Origin: an uncultured Thermococci archaeon
GTDB taxonomy: Archaea; Methanobacteriota_B; Thermococci; Methanofastidiosales; B48-G16
DNA length: 64,000 bases
NCBI GenBank assembly: GCA_964595645.1
Contig: CAZQQT010000002.1
Span: 64,001-128,000, forward strand
Direction: 5' to 3'
Positions 49,243 to 64,000 of this stretch are shown here, one piece after another; positions within the stretch are counted from its first letter, which is position 1, and every line of letters begins with the position of its first letter. A program made the position numbers and the translations under genes. Below the pieces are notes generated by a model that did not search any database, had not been told where the DNA came from, and saw nothing but the letters and a program-made list of their open reading frames with translations.

Positions 49243-50676
49243 ATGATAGGACGGATACTCCTGATTCTCTTGGCGCTCTCTCTCTGGACACCCCAAGAGA
49301 ATATGAACTTTTTTGTGGAAAATGGAGAGCCACAATGTCTTGTTGTCTATGGTGAAAATTCGGTTGATTTTGAGTCTGCAAAAATTATCGCGGAGAAAAT
49401 TGCAGAAAAAGCAAAAAAACAGGAGAAGATATTTACATTCACACAGAAAAACTATGTGGACAAAAACAATGGACAGACACCTCACTGTGATTTCATTGCC
49501 GTGGGCAACACCTCAGGGTACTTTAACAAGAGACCGTACATCAACCTTCCTCTCTGGTACGATGATACAAACCTCAATGGAAAACTGGACAAGAATGAGT
49601 CACGGGAGGAGATACAAATTCAGTTTTCCACACACAATAATAATTTTCCCGTGCTCAGCATGGGTGATATTCGGTATAGAACGGTGATCGAAGAACTCCC
49701 ACTAAAAAGATTATGGAAATCAGGAGAAAAAAGTGTATACATATACGATACACCGGAAAAGGTACGATTTTTACAACAGGAGCTCTCGCCGCTGGACTAC
49801 TTTGAAAGTCTTGAGGGAAACATCCTTCTTCTTGGTGAGCCGTACAGAAAAACGTTTCCGTTACAGGAAGAGGTATCCTTTCAGGGATGGAAGGTACAGA
49901 TGGGGGAGCAATATACAATTACAGAGCCTAACGGCAAATCTCACACTCTTACTCCGGATAATCTTGTGTATATAAAGAGAACAGTTTGTGAGGCAGAGGA
50001 TACTGCTATTTTCGCAATGCGTGTCGGAGAAAGCAATGTGGAAGTTTATGTGCTACGAAATTACAGTCTGGTACGAGACGCGACAGGTGTACAGATAGGG
50101 GCTGATCGATGGAATTTTTATGTGCGCTCAGAGGACATCGAATATATAGATTTTGAAGATTACTCACCCTCTTTTCGGGATAATAATATAGAATACATTG
50201 TCGGACTGAGAAATTACTCACCGGTTTCAGGGAGCGTCTCCCTCACTGAGTTTCAGATTCCTCCGTGCGGGCTTCTGGAAGAAGAAAGCTATACAGGACG
50301 AATATTTTTTGCCCTTGAGACAGAAGATACAGATCCCCGCGATACCACAGTAGATAATGTGAAGATGACGTATAAAAAGGTGGAGGAGGAGAGTTTTTTG
50401 AAGTATATCATTAAGGATACCGAACTCACGAATCAAATCGTACGATCCTATAACCTGATCACCGTGGGTGGACCCGGATACACGAAAACGGAGAAGGGAA
50501 CGAATATTTGCAATACATGGACGAAATCCATTGTCGACGAGGAGCTATCGGAGGTGAACTGGTATACTTCTGAGGGGGAGTGGGAGTACATAGAAGAGAG
50601 AGGAACACTCATCGTTGCAGGCAAGGACAGAGAAGCAACACGAAAGGCTGCGGAGAAATTAGTTGAACAGTTATAG
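49243..50676 (+). CDS. S-layer family protein (Thermococcales/Methanococcales-type N and C domains)
   Basis: Signal peptide, FFVENGEP..LVVYG, NLITVGGP, LIVAGKDREATRKAA. Confidence 0.8.
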   Translation: MIGRILLILLALSLWTPQENMNFFVENGEPQCLVVYGENSVDFESAKIIAEKIAEKAKKQEKIFTFTQKNYVDKNNGQTPHCDFIAVGNTSGYFNKRPYINLPLWYDDTNLNGKLDKNESREEIQIQFSTHNNNFPVLSMGDIRYRTVIEELPLKRLWKSGEKSVYIYDTPEKVRFLQQELSPLDYFESLEGNILLLGEPYRKTFPLQEEVSFQGWKVQMGEQYTITEPNGKSHTLTPDNLVYIKRTVCEAEDTAIFAMRVGESNVEVYVLRNYSLVRDATGVQIGADRWNFYVRSEDIEYIDFEDYSPSFRDNNIEYIVGLRNYSPVSGSVSLTEFQIPPCGLLEEESYTGRIFFALETEDTDPRDTTVDNVKMTYKKVEEESFLKYIIKDTELTNQIVRSYNLITVGGPGYTKTEKGTNICNTWTKSIVDEELSEVNWYTSEGEWEYIEERGTLIVAGKDREATRKAAEKLVEQL

Positions 50677-50710
50677 AAAGGTTTAAATATCTTCTTTTTC
50701 AAGTTTCGAT

Positions 50711-52243
50711 ATGAAAAGATATCTGGTCTTTATCGCGATCCTCCTCTCTTTCAGTACAGTCTCCGCCGAGAGAGTATACGATATGGAGTGGTCGTACATG
50801 ACCGAGGGTGAAGTGCGGAACCTCTGTCTCATGGATAATAGGATCATTTTTTCCTCGGGGGCCTATAAAGGATTTCCGAATGAGTATGGAAAAAACGTGA
50901 TTCACGCTTTCAGTCTTTCCGGAGAGAAGTTGTGGGAGGAGGAGTTCCCCGATCTAATAAAAACCATCCAGACAAAGGAGAATATTTATTTTTCCTCGGG
51001 AAGATACTTTTACTGTTACTCTCCATCCTTTTCAGAGCAGTGGCACTACTCCACAAACGCAGAAATCAGAGATTTTTACGTCCAAGATAAGAAGACATTC
51101 CTTTTCTTGGAAGACGATACAATTACCTTTCTCAATGAAAACGGGAGAAATATATGGGAGCGAAGGATAGATTCTGGTGTTTTTTTGAAGTTTGAGTATA
51201 CTGGGATCTACGCCGGCTACTATCTCCAACCGTATCTCTACTTCCTTGATACGCAGGGCGACATCACCTGGAAGTACAAAACAGCGGAAAACGTTGAGTA
51301 TGTTCATGTGGAGGATCTCGATGAGGACGGGGAGCCCGAGATACTCACCTCTGCCTATAAATACCTCACTGTGACGAACAAGAATGGGATGGAGGAGTGG
51401 AAATTCAGGGCAGACGAGTACATCAACGATGTGTACGTATCCGATAACATCTACGCCGTGGCAGGAACTACACTTTACGTACTCAATAGACAAGGAGAGA
51501 TCGAAAGGAAGGAGACTGGCGATGATCAGATTTATCTGGTGAAGGCAGAAGACATCGATGGCGATGGTGAAAAAGAGGTGCTTCTGGGATGTTCTCAATG
51601 GAGCAAGGAGGATCAGGAGTGGACGGAGCACTACCTCTCCATAGGAGGAAAGATAGTACAGAAAACAAATGGGAGGATACGCCATGTTATCTGCGTTGAT
51701 ACGGATGGAGATGGAGACAAGGAGATTATTCTTGGAACAAATGACCTCTTCTTTCTCAAAAACAATATTGTGGAGATAAAGGAGATATTACAGACTGAGT
51801 ACGAGGAAGCTATGGTTCTTTATGAAAAAAAGGACTTTGAAGGTGCGAAAAATTCTTTTTCAGATCTAAAGGAACAATACACGGAGTATGACCTCAATAC
51901 TTCAGAAATAGAGAAAATGTTACAGAAAATTGCTACATATGAGAATGGATACAAGCTCTATAACGCAGCAGATGCGGCATTTAATAAGGGAGCGTACGAA
52001 TCTGCCAAAGTGAACTACCAAAATGCCAGAAAGTACTTTGAACAGGTCAACGATACAGCAATGCTCGAGGAGATTGAGAAGAAGATCTCCCTTTGCGAGA
52101 AGGAGATCACGATGAAGACTACCACACCTCCACCTGAACCGGCCATTATGGATTACTTCAGGGGGATGTTCTTGTATCTGTGGATCGCTGTGGCAGGCGT
52201 GTTGATTGTACTCATTCTCATACTTATAAGGCGGAGACGATGA
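50711..52243 (+). CDS. Surface beta-propeller (PQQ/FG-GAP-like) protein with TPR-like helices and C-terminal TM anchor
   Basis: Signal peptide; DLDEDGEPEI, DIDGDGEKEV, DTDGDGDKEI Ca-loop motifs; TM followed by RRRR. Confidence 0.8.
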   Translation: MKRYLVFIAILLSFSTVSAERVYDMEWSYMTEGEVRNLCLMDNRIIFSSGAYKGFPNEYGKNVIHAFSLSGEKLWEEEFPDLIKTIQTKENIYFSSGRYFYCYSPSFSEQWHYSTNAEIRDFYVQDKKTFLFLEDDTITFLNENGRNIWERRIDSGVFLKFEYTGIYAGYYLQPYLYFLDTQGDITWKYKTAENVEYVHVEDLDEDGEPEILTSAYKYLTVTNKNGMEEWKFRADEYINDVYVSDNIYAVAGTTLYVLNRQGEIERKETGDDQIYLVKAEDIDGDGEKEVLLGCSQWSKEDQEWTEHYLSIGGKIVQKTNGRIRHVICVDTDGDGDKEIILGTNDLFFLKNNIVEIKEILQTEYEEAMVLYEKKDFEGAKNSFSDLKEQYTEYDLNTSEIEKMLQKIATYENGYKLYNAADAAFNKGAYESAKVNYQNARKYFEQVNDTAMLEEIEKKISLCEKEITMKTTTPPPEPAIMDYFRGMFLYLWIAVAGVLIVLILILIRRRR

Positions 52244-53037
52244 TAAAAAGAGTTCAATCTCTCCTTAAAAAGTATAATTTGGCACCATTAAAATTTTTAT
52301 CACAACACTTTTTGATATCTCGGCGCGTAATCAAAAAAATGGCGTCCTATGCCAAAAAAACAACCTTGGAGATAGGACCGGGGCTGGGATTCATCACAGA
52401 GGAACTGGCACACAACGCGGAGAAGGTCATCGCCGTAGAAAAGGATCGAGGAATGGTGGAGGTGCTCAGAAAAGAGTACACCTTTGATAACGTGGAACTA
52501 CATAATGAGGATTTCCTAGAGACCAGTTACTCCTTCGACTGTTGTGTGTCATCGATTCCCTACTCACTCTCCACAGAAATTATTTTTAGACTCCTGGATA
52601 CTGATCATGAGTACTCAGTGCTCCTCCTTCAGAAGGAGTACACAGAGAAAATCGCGGAAATGGACTCACGACTTGGTGTGATGGTTCATGCCTTCGCCGA
52701 TATCGAGATCCTTGACACTGTTGATAGACAGTGTTTCTATCCTTCACCGAAGGTGGACTCTGTAATAGCCATGTTTACTCCACATAAAAAGGTTACTGCC
52801 CCATTTTTCAGTGATACAGTGAGAGTCCTCTTTCAGCACAAGAGAAAAAAGGTAATAAACTCTCTATCTGACTCTGCCCATGCGTTGAATATTGATAAAA
52901 AGAACATCAAAAAAATCCTTTCAGATATTCCATACCGGGAAAAGAGAGTGTTCAATCTCACGCTGGAGGAAATAGAAGAAATTTCCTATGCACTTAAGGA
53001 TAACACTAAAAATATGAATCAAGAGAACTCTGTGTAG
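52240..53037 (+). CDS. rsmA: 16S rRNA adenine dimethyltransferase (KsgA/Dim1)
   Basis: QHFL, EIGPGLG, SIPY, FYPSPKVDS; ATG 52240 overlaps the upstream stop. Confidence 0.93.
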   Translation: MIKRVQSLLKKYNLAPLKFLSQHFLISRRVIKKMASYAKKTTLEIGPGLGFITEELAHNAEKVIAVEKDRGMVEVLRKEYTFDNVELHNEDFLETSYSFDCCVSSIPYSLSTEIIFRLLDTDHEYSVLLLQKEYTEKIAEMDSRLGVMVHAFADIEILDTVDRQCFYPSPKVDSVIAMFTPHKKVTAPFFSDTVRVLFQHKRKKVINSLSDSAHALNIDKKNIKKILSDIPYREKRVFNLTLEEIEEISYALKDNTKNMNQENSV

Positions 53038-53989
53038 ACTCAGAGAAGGCTTTTTCCATCCTCTTTATGCCGTTTTCTACTCTATCATATGAGAAATCTC
53101 TTTCATCACAGAGGAACTCGGTAATACCATTTTTCTCTGGTTTCTTGAACAGCACGGTGTACTCGTCTGTCACCTTTGGATCCAAAAATATCTTCTTTAC
53201 ATCTTCGTAGTTCTCAAACTCACTATTTTTCACTTTTTTTAACGCAGTCTTCGGACCTACACCCTTCACTCCTTCATTGAAGTCTGTGCCCACTAGAATC
53301 CCTATTTCTACAAGTTGCTCCCGAGTGATACCATTTTTCTCGAGTGAACTCTCAAGTGTGATTATTTCAGGTGTAATTTTTTTATACACGTCTTTACCCG
53401 GCAGTTTTCTTCTCCCAGAGATTGTGAGATTCCGTATGAGCCGTGGTGCACCGAACAACAGCGAATCAAAGTCCTGTGAGCCAGTGGCCCACACATCCTC
53501 CTTCATCGTCATATACGCGGCCTGTGCTTCTCCCTCCGACGGTGCCTGTACAGACGGAAGTCCCATATATTCCAGAAGCCTCTTACTTTCATCTATCATT
53601 CTATCGGTAAACCTTACCGTGGCCTGTGCGTATTTTCGTATTTCTTTCTCTTCCCCTTTTTCTTTCGCTTCCTTCAACTTTTTATCTGCCTCTCTTTTTG
53701 CTTCCTTTCTCTCTTCAATCGTTTTTTGCTTTATTTTTGGCGGTTCGCCGTCAAACACATAGATAGGATGCATTCCGTACTCCAGAAGATTAATCGTCCT
53801 ATAAAAGAGACCTGAGAGATGAGATGTTACCCTTCCTTTCGAGTCTTTTAGGGGTTCTCCATCCCGCTGTCGTATGATCGCCATAAATTGATACAGTGTG
53901 TTCATTGCGTCTATTGCCACTTTTTTCCCCTGTAGCTCTTCCAACTGTATTTTCCTTTTGGGCAGGAGTCCCTTTAAGTTTACTCCCAT
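53006..53989 (-). CDS. fen: Flap endonuclease 1
   Basis: MGV start, APSEGEAQAA, SQDFDSLLFG, GTDFN, PIP box QSSLDSYF. Confidence 0.97.
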   Translation of the reverse strand: MGVNLKGLLPKRKIQLEELQGKKVAIDAMNTLYQFMAIIRQRDGEPLKDSKGRVTSHLSGLFYRTINLLEYGMHPIYVFDGEPPKIKQKTIEERKEAKREADKKLKEAKEKGEEKEIRKYAQATVRFTDRMIDESKRLLEYMGLPSVQAPSEGEAQAAYMTMKEDVWATGSQDFDSLLFGAPRLIRNLTISGRRKLPGKDVYKKITPEIITLESSLEKNGITREQLVEIGILVGTDFNEGVKGVGPKTALKKVKNSEFENYEDVKKIFLDPKVTDEYTVLFKKPEKNGITEFLCDERDFSYDRVENGIKRMEKAFSESTQSSLDSYF

Positions 53990-53991
53990 GG

Positions 53992-54156
53992 TTATTCCCT
54001 GATAACAGTGAAGGGGATCACTCCTTTCTCAAATTCTTCCATGGTAATTCGTATAGAATCCGTCTCCTCTGTTTTTATTAGTACAGGAGCGCCCATGGCT
54101 ATCTGTAGTGCCCGAGCCCCGATCATACGAGCTTTCTCATACTTTGTAAGGTCCAT
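53992..54156 (-). CDS. rpoK: RNA polymerase subunit K (Rpo6)
   Basis: [21 protein letters not shown]; exact start uncertain (54156-54174). Confidence 0.95.
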   Translation of the reverse strand: MDLTKYEKARMIGARALQIAMGAPVLIKTEETDSIRITMEEFEKGVIPFTVIRE

Positions 54157-54197
54157 AATATCCATATAGTACATGATATAAGTAACCTTTTTAAAGG

Positions 54198-54866
54198 TTA
54201 CACCAACAGGACAGAGATGATCCCGGTGAGAAAGATGCCGTCGAACGTACCGGCCCCTCCAATGCTCGCCATTGGTGCTCCGAGATTTTCTATTTTTGAG
54301 AGATTGAGCAGATCAGCTCCTATCAGTACACCCAACACTCCGGAGACATAGGCGATAATCGGTGCGTAGGGGTGTGAGAGTACCATTGCCACCACTGCAG
54401 ACACAATTGGAGGGATAAAGAGGGGGAGGCCGATACCGACGCGGGGTACTGGTCGTGCAAACTTGTAGCATACGGCGGTGACTACCACGATCCCGATGAG
54501 CACCTTCCAGATCGGTACCTCTGAGTTCGCGAGAAGATAGAGGGATACGAGCAGAGGGATTACCGCACCACCAAGATTTACTGTAATGACTGTTTCCTGT
54601 ACTGTAGCGAGGGAGTCTTTCCTTCCGAAGAGCAAATTTAGACTGTATCCTTTCTCCACTTCCTTATAACTCTTTTTTATAGGTAAATTTATTCTGCTTC
54701 CGATGAGTGACGCAAAAAGAATACCAAAGGCAAGCCATGGAGAGAACCCAAGTTTCACAAAGGCGGTATTTATCGCAGTGACGATGAAAAACACTAAAAA
54801 CAACGGTAAAAGCAATAGCAAAATTATAAATAGAGGATTTATTCGTGGGGAAAAAATTCTTTCCAT
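54198..54866 (-). CDS. DUF1614 membrane protein
   Basis: [30 protein letters not shown]. Confidence 0.9.
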   Translation of the reverse strand: MERIFSPRINPLFIILLLLLPLFLVFFIVTAINTAFVKLGFSPWLAFGILFASLIGSRINLPIKKSYKEVEKGYSLNLLFGRKDSLATVQETVITVNLGGAVIPLLVSLYLLANSEVPIWKVLIGIVVVTAVCYKFARPVPRVGIGLPLFIPPIVSAVVAMVLSHPYAPIIAYVSGVLGVLIGADLLNLSKIENLGAPMASIGGAGTFDGIFLTGIISVLLV

Positions 54867-55450
54867 ACTTTTCACTTTCCCCACGTCTTTTTAAACGTTG
54901 TGGGGCGGTCTTTATGCCGCGTGAAGGGGACACTACCTATTTAAGTTTTATTTTGTTACAGTGTTTATAGATTTTGAGGCGATATTCTCCTCGTGGATAA
55001 ACGCTGTAGAGAACCCGGCGAGGTTCCAGAAACGTCTTGCAGAAAGTCTTCTCAAAAAGCACACAAAAACAGAGTATGGAGGGGGAAAGAGTAGCATTGA
55101 GGAATTTCCTATAGTGTAATATCACTGGTCTCAGTGAGAAAGACTGGTATGCATGATTTGATCTTGCGTACCAGGAAGCACTCGAGGAGAATATTACCAT
55201 GGTTGCGGGTGTCACACAGGTGATGCGGCAGTTTGCCGTTTACATGAGAAAACAGTATGGGAAATATCCAAAAAATCTCTGGAATATTCGCGTACTTCTC
55301 CTCCTTTTCACCGCCCTTTTCTTGTTTCTCTTCCTTTTCATCTTTTTCGCCACGTTTTCTTTCTGCCATGCATTAATATATGTATTTTAAAAATGTTTCT
55401 ATAGGCATGTAAAAAGAGAAATTCTTTAACATAATGTCCATGAAAATAGT

Positions 55451-58547
<3,097 letters not shown>

Positions 58548-58609
58548 TCATGAATAATCAGCCCTTCACTCATGACATACTTTATCATGAGTTGCATCCC
58601 ATAGTTCAG

Positions 58610-58682
58610 TGGACTCACCGGGATTTGAACCCGGGGCATCTGCCTTGCAAAGGCAGCACTCTTCCAGCTGAGCTATGAGCCC
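58610..58682 (-). tRNA. tRNA-Ala(UGC), CCA not encoded
   Basis: 73-nt cloverleaf, G3:U70, TGC anticodon, in the 16S-23S spacer. Confidence 0.97.
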
Positions 58683-58688
58683 TTCAAA

Positions 58689-60292
<1,604 letters not shown>

Positions 60293-60430
60293 CTACATCA
60301 AATCCTATGAGATACTACACTATAGGACTCTCATTTTTTATCCTAATTGGAGGACGGTTTCTCATCCGTTGGGTAACCCCAATCAAAACCGCCACGTTAT
60401 TAGGCTACTTTAACATCGCAACCCTCAATG

Positions 60431-60505
60431 TTATAAAATTCTTGCACGATGGCTCCATCGAGGGCACCTTCTACTGAGCACTTTTCTATTTATATAGTTA
60501 TCGGT
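60431..60505 (-). promoter_or_regulatory. Tandem rRNA operon promoters
   Basis: ACCGATAAC-TATATAAATA (60487-60505) and TTTTATAA (60431-60438) on the minus strand. Confidence 0.6.
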
Positions 60506-60531
60506 TAGTGGTAGGGCACATTACAAATGAG

Positions 60532-61851
60532 CTATCGTATCTCTTTCAACACTGTTCGTATCCTTTCATCTGCCAGTTCCAGATCCTCATTTTCTACACA
60601 GAGTATCGGTCTAAACCTGATGGTATTCTTGCCGCAGGGAAGGAGCAACATATCATATTCAAAACACTTCTTTCTAAATTTATCTCGTGTCTTTGTGTTT
60701 GGTAGATCGAAGGAGCACATCAGCCCGAGCCCCCGCGTGTTAGATATCAACTCTGGGAAATCGCCTTGTATATTGTGAAGCATCTCCAATAATTTTTTTC
60801 CTTGTTTTTGTGCATTTTTTACTAAATTATCCTCATCTATTATCTCTAAAATGCGGGTGGACCGGACCATATCAACGATATTACCCCCCCATGTGGAATT
60901 TATTCTACTTGACTCCACGAAGGGGTTGTCCTCGATCTCGTCGATTCTTTTTCCAGCCATGATTCCGCAGACCTGCATCTTTTTCCCAAAGGCAATGATA
61001 TCAGGTTTCACATCAAAATGTTGGTGGGCCCACCACTTTCCGGTGATGCCCATCCCCGCTTGGACTTCATCGAATACGAGCAGTACGTCGTACTCATCAC
61101 AGATTTTCCGAAGTTTCTGGACAAACTCCTTCCTAAAGAAGTTATCCCCACCCTCTCCCTGGATCGGTTCCATAATAAATGCTGCAATATCTTCATGCTC
61201 TCTCTCCACCACACAGTAAATCTGTTCCAGTGCTCGAGATTCTCGTTTTTTCACTTTGTCCGCATGATCTTTCACTGGAAATTCTACTATCGGGGGGTCG
61301 ATTCGTGGCCAGTCAAACTTCGGAAAGAACTGGTACTTCCGCGGATCGGCTGTATGAGTCAGTGACATAGTGTACCCTGTTCTTCCGTGGAATGCATGGT
61401 CAAAATGCATTACTTTTTTCCCCTCTATAGCATCAAGGCCTTTTTTCAAATTCTTTTTTACCTTCCAATCAAAAGAAACCTTTAATGCATTTTCCACAGC
61501 CAGCGCACCACCGGAGATCTGGAAGAGATGTGGTAGATATTCCGGCATCGCGATTCGTCGCACCGCATCTACCCACTCTGCGAACTCTACGGTGTAGATA
61601 TCTGAGTTGGCAACCTTGTTTATGGCTGCTCTGAACACTCTCTCCTTAAAATCCTCGTTCGCCAGTTTTGGGTGATTCATTCCCAGGGGAGAAGAGGCAA
61701 AAAATGTGTAGAAATCCAAGAATTTTCTTCCGTCTCGCGCATCAACAATGTACGATCCCTGGCTTTTTTCCATATCGATGACAATATCATATCCGTCGGC
61801 AATAACGCTTTTTTTCAATGTTGGCAAAACATCTTTTGGTTCTACTGACAT
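60532..61851 (-). CDS. lat: L-lysine 6-transaminase (class III aminotransferase)
   Basis: LDFYTFFASSPLGMNHP, GALAVENALK, AFHGRTGY, EPIQGEGGD, DEVQ, FGKK, STWGG. Confidence 0.9.
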   Translation of the reverse strand: MSVEPKDVLPTLKKSVIADGYDIVIDMEKSQGSYIVDARDGRKFLDFYTFFASSPLGMNHPKLANEDFKERVFRAAINKVANSDIYTVEFAEWVDAVRRIAMPEYLPHLFQISGGALAVENALKVSFDWKVKKNLKKGLDAIEGKKVMHFDHAFHGRTGYTMSLTHTADPRKYQFFPKFDWPRIDPPIVEFPVKDHADKVKKRESRALEQIYCVVEREHEDIAAFIMEPIQGEGGDNFFRKEFVQKLRKICDEYDVLLVFDEVQAGMGITGKWWAHQHFDVKPDIIAFGKKMQVCGIMAGKRIDEIEDNPFVESSRINSTWGGNIVDMVRSTRILEIIDEDNLVKNAQKQGKKLLEMLHNIQGDFPELISNTRGLGLMCSFDLPNTKTRDKFRKKCFEYDMLLLPCGKNTIRFRPILCVENEDLELADERIRTVLKEIR

Positions 61852-61978
61852 TACAACTCCTCCTTTCCATCAACTTATATACTATCAAGCAAAATTGATA
61901 TTTCACTTGATTTAATTAAGATAGAAAAAGAACCATTTAAATCTTTTGGTAGTAAATACCCATGAAAGTATAGAAAGA

Positions 61979-63067
61979 TCAAAATTGAAGATCAATACTT
62001 CCGCTAAGATATAACTCGAGGAGAACGAGGGAGGTAACTGCCTCTATAACAGGTACCGCTCTTACCGCGATACATGGGTCATGTCTTCCCTTCATATGAA
62101 TTTCACACTCTTCCATTTTTTCTATATCAACTGTTTTCTGTGTTTTTTTAATACTTGATGTAGGTTTCATAGCCACACGAAAAACAATAGGCATACCATT
62201 GCTGATGCCACCGAGAATTCCTCCGGCGTTGTTTGTTTCAGTGATTATTTTCCCATCTTTGAGAAAAAACTGATCGTTGTGTTCCGTTCCTTTCATTTCT
62301 GCACATTTGAATCCTGAACCAAACTCGATACCCTTCACACCGGGGACACTGAATACAATGTGGCTTATCATACTTTCAATAGAGTTAAAAAAGGGATCAC
62401 CAATACCAGGGGGGATGTTAGGTATCCTGCACTCGATAATCCCACCTATAGAATCCCCTTCTTTTTTCATCCTGAGGATTTTTTCTTTCATTTTTTTGGC
62501 TGTCTCTGGATCTGCACACCGCAGTGAGTTTCTATATACGTTTCTTTTAATTTCTTCATCACTGATCTTTTTGTCTATTTTAACATTTCCTACTTGAATA
62601 AGATGTGATAATACATTTATTTCCTTCTTACGGAGTATCAATTTTGCTAACGAGCCTCCAAGGACAAGGGCAGCAGTCATTCTTCCAGAAAAGATGCCAC
62701 CCCCTCTAAAATCATGAAATCCGTTGTATTTGTACCATGCAGTGAGATCTGCATGTCCAGGTCGGGGGGAGGTTTTGATTCCCTTGTAGGAACGTGAGTC
62801 TATATCTTCATTCCTTATCATTAGTGTCAATGGTGCCCCTGTCGTCTTTCCGTGAAAGAGCCCACTACGAATCTCTACTCTATCCCTTTCTTTTCTTTCA
62901 GTAGTGATTGTACTTTGTCCAGGCTTTCTTCTATCAAGTGCTTGCTGGATTACCGATCGGTCTATCTCCAGCCCAGGAGGGCAGCCATCTATCACGACAC
63001 CCACGCACTCTCCATGACTCTCACCGAAGAGTGTAACTCTAAAATGATTTCCAAAGGAAAAGGTCAT
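61979..63067 (-). CDS. aroC: Chorismate synthase
   Basis: GESHG, PRPGHAD, GGILGGIS, KPTSS, RHDPC. Confidence 0.97.
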   Translation of the reverse strand: MTFSFGNHFRVTLFGESHGECVGVVIDGCPPGLEIDRSVIQQALDRRKPGQSTITTERKERDRVEIRSGLFHGKTTGAPLTLMIRNEDIDSRSYKGIKTSPRPGHADLTAWYKYNGFHDFRGGGIFSGRMTAALVLGGSLAKLILRKKEINVLSHLIQVGNVKIDKKISDEEIKRNVYRNSLRCADPETAKKMKEKILRMKKEGDSIGGIIECRIPNIPPGIGDPFFNSIESMISHIVFSVPGVKGIEFGSGFKCAEMKGTEHNDQFFLKDGKIITETNNAGGILGGISNGMPIVFRVAMKPTSSIKKTQKTVDIEKMEECEIHMKGRHDPCIAVRAVPVIEAVTSLVLLELYLSGSIDLQF

Positions 63068-64000
63068 GATATATCAGCTCCTATGTTCTTCATATCGTTG
63101 AAAAATTGAGGATAACTCTTGTTTATACATTTTTCATCTTCTATCGTCGTTTTTCCTTCGGCTACCAATCCCGCCACAGTACCCATCATGGCAATCCGAT
63201 GGTCTCTGTGAGGATTGATAACCGATCCCCTAAGAGGAGTAGGTCCTTCAATGTGTAGTTCGTCTTCTTTTTTCTGGATAGTAGCACCCATCTTGTTGAG
63301 TTCCGTTGTAATGGTAGTGAGTCTATTACTCTCCTTCCACTGCAGTCGGCCTGCGTTCAGTATTTTGGTGACACCTTTTGCTTGTGTTCCAAGCAACGCA
63401 TAGATGGGTGCAAGATCAGGGGTATTGGCGATATCTACTGTTGTGGAACTGAGTTCTCCCATTTCTACAGTTATTTTATCTTGCTTTTTTGTTACGTGCG
63501 CTCCCATTTCCTTAAATATTTCAACGATTTTTCTATCACCCTGAATCGAAGTGTGTGTGAGGTTGGAGACGGTAACTTTTCCCGCCAGCGCTCCTGCGGC
63601 CAGTAAAAATGCAGCAGAAGAAAAATCACCTTCTAACGTATATTTCCGTGGCTTCAGTTTCTGCCCCGGAGGAATTCTAAAATGATTGTTCCTTTCGTAT
63701 ACGGTAATGCCAAACCTTGAGAGCATATCTACGGTGATTCTGACGTAGGGAAGTGATTGAAGATCTGTGACCGTGATCTCTACTGGGTTCCTTGCTTTGG
63801 AAGATACAAGAAGAAGTGCCGAGGCGAACTGGGAACTCACATCACCCCGCAGGGTGGTACTCCCTCCTCGTATGATCCCTCCAAAAACAATAAGAGGGGG
63901 CAGTCTGTTCCTCCCTGCGATAGTTTTTACTCCTAGTGCTCGCAGTGCGTTGAGCAGTTCTGCAATAGGACGTCTTCTCAGTGATGCATCTCCCGTGAGG
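63064..64000 (-). CDS. aroA: EPSP synthase, N-terminus outside window
   Basis: SSQF, EGDFSSA, KESNR, DHRIAM, KSYPQF; frame open to the window edge. Confidence 0.95.
   Translation of the reverse strand, partial: LTGDASLRRRPIAELLNALRALGVKTIAGRNRLPPLIVFGGIIRGGSTTLRGDVSSQFASALLLVSSKARNPVEITVTDLQSLPYVRITVDMLSRFGITVYERNNHFRIPPGQKLKPRKYTLEGDFSSAAFLLAAGALAGKVTVSNLTHTSIQGDRKIVEIFKEMGAHVTKKQDKITVEMGELSSTTVDIANTPDLAPIYALLGTQAKGVTKILNAGRLQWKESNRLTTITTELNKMGATIQKKEDELHIEGPTPLRGSVINPHRDHRIAMMGTVAGLVAEGKTTIEDEKCINKSYPQFFNDMKNIGADIS

Noticed and set aside
54937-55390. Short ORFs between DUF1614 and the 23S end (e.g. 55109-55369 minus)
   Set aside because: Low complexity with no recognisable motifs; cannot support a call

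Overview
Archaeal chromosomal window. The TFB, RpoK, FEN1, Hef, Gar1, AglB and S-layer-family genes and a BHB-processed 16S-tRNA(Ala)-23S operon with no linked 5S suggest a Thermococci-like lineage such as Methanofastidiosa/Theionarchaea (inference, not searched). Layout: (1) 1-14.8 kb, a mostly minus-strand surface-glycan locus (GT2s, two GT-C-like membrane proteins, WecB, flippase, sulfotransferase, AlkP-superfamily enzyme), facing a divergent PAPS/sulfation operon (RHH regulator-sat-DHH-sulfotransferase-cysC, 14.9-18.3 kb). (2) 18.4-22.5 kb, a decaying accessory patch with an MNT-HEPN toxin-antitoxin pair between two 129-bp paralogous gene-end remnants, a ferredoxin, and a broken TSP3-repeat/glycine-zipper gene coupled to a membrane protein. 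(3) An archaeal mevalonate operon (mvk-AMPD-LpdD-like-PMDh L/S) just downstream of amrB. (4) Hef, then a radical SAM::ABC-ATPase chimera fused exactly at a shared GAGK motif, with a perfect 26-bp palindrome upstream. (5) Housekeeping, AglB and S-layer genes. (6) The rRNA operon, lat, aroC and partial aroA. Strongest leads: an LpdD-like prFMN-chaperone gene embedded in the archaeal MVA operon; a glycan-sulfation system whose RHH regulator carries an AlkP/sulfatase-type LxxLGY tail; the rSAM-ABC fusion; an orphan-promoter hairpin RNA displaying an anti-SD loop; and an extended 23S helix 98.
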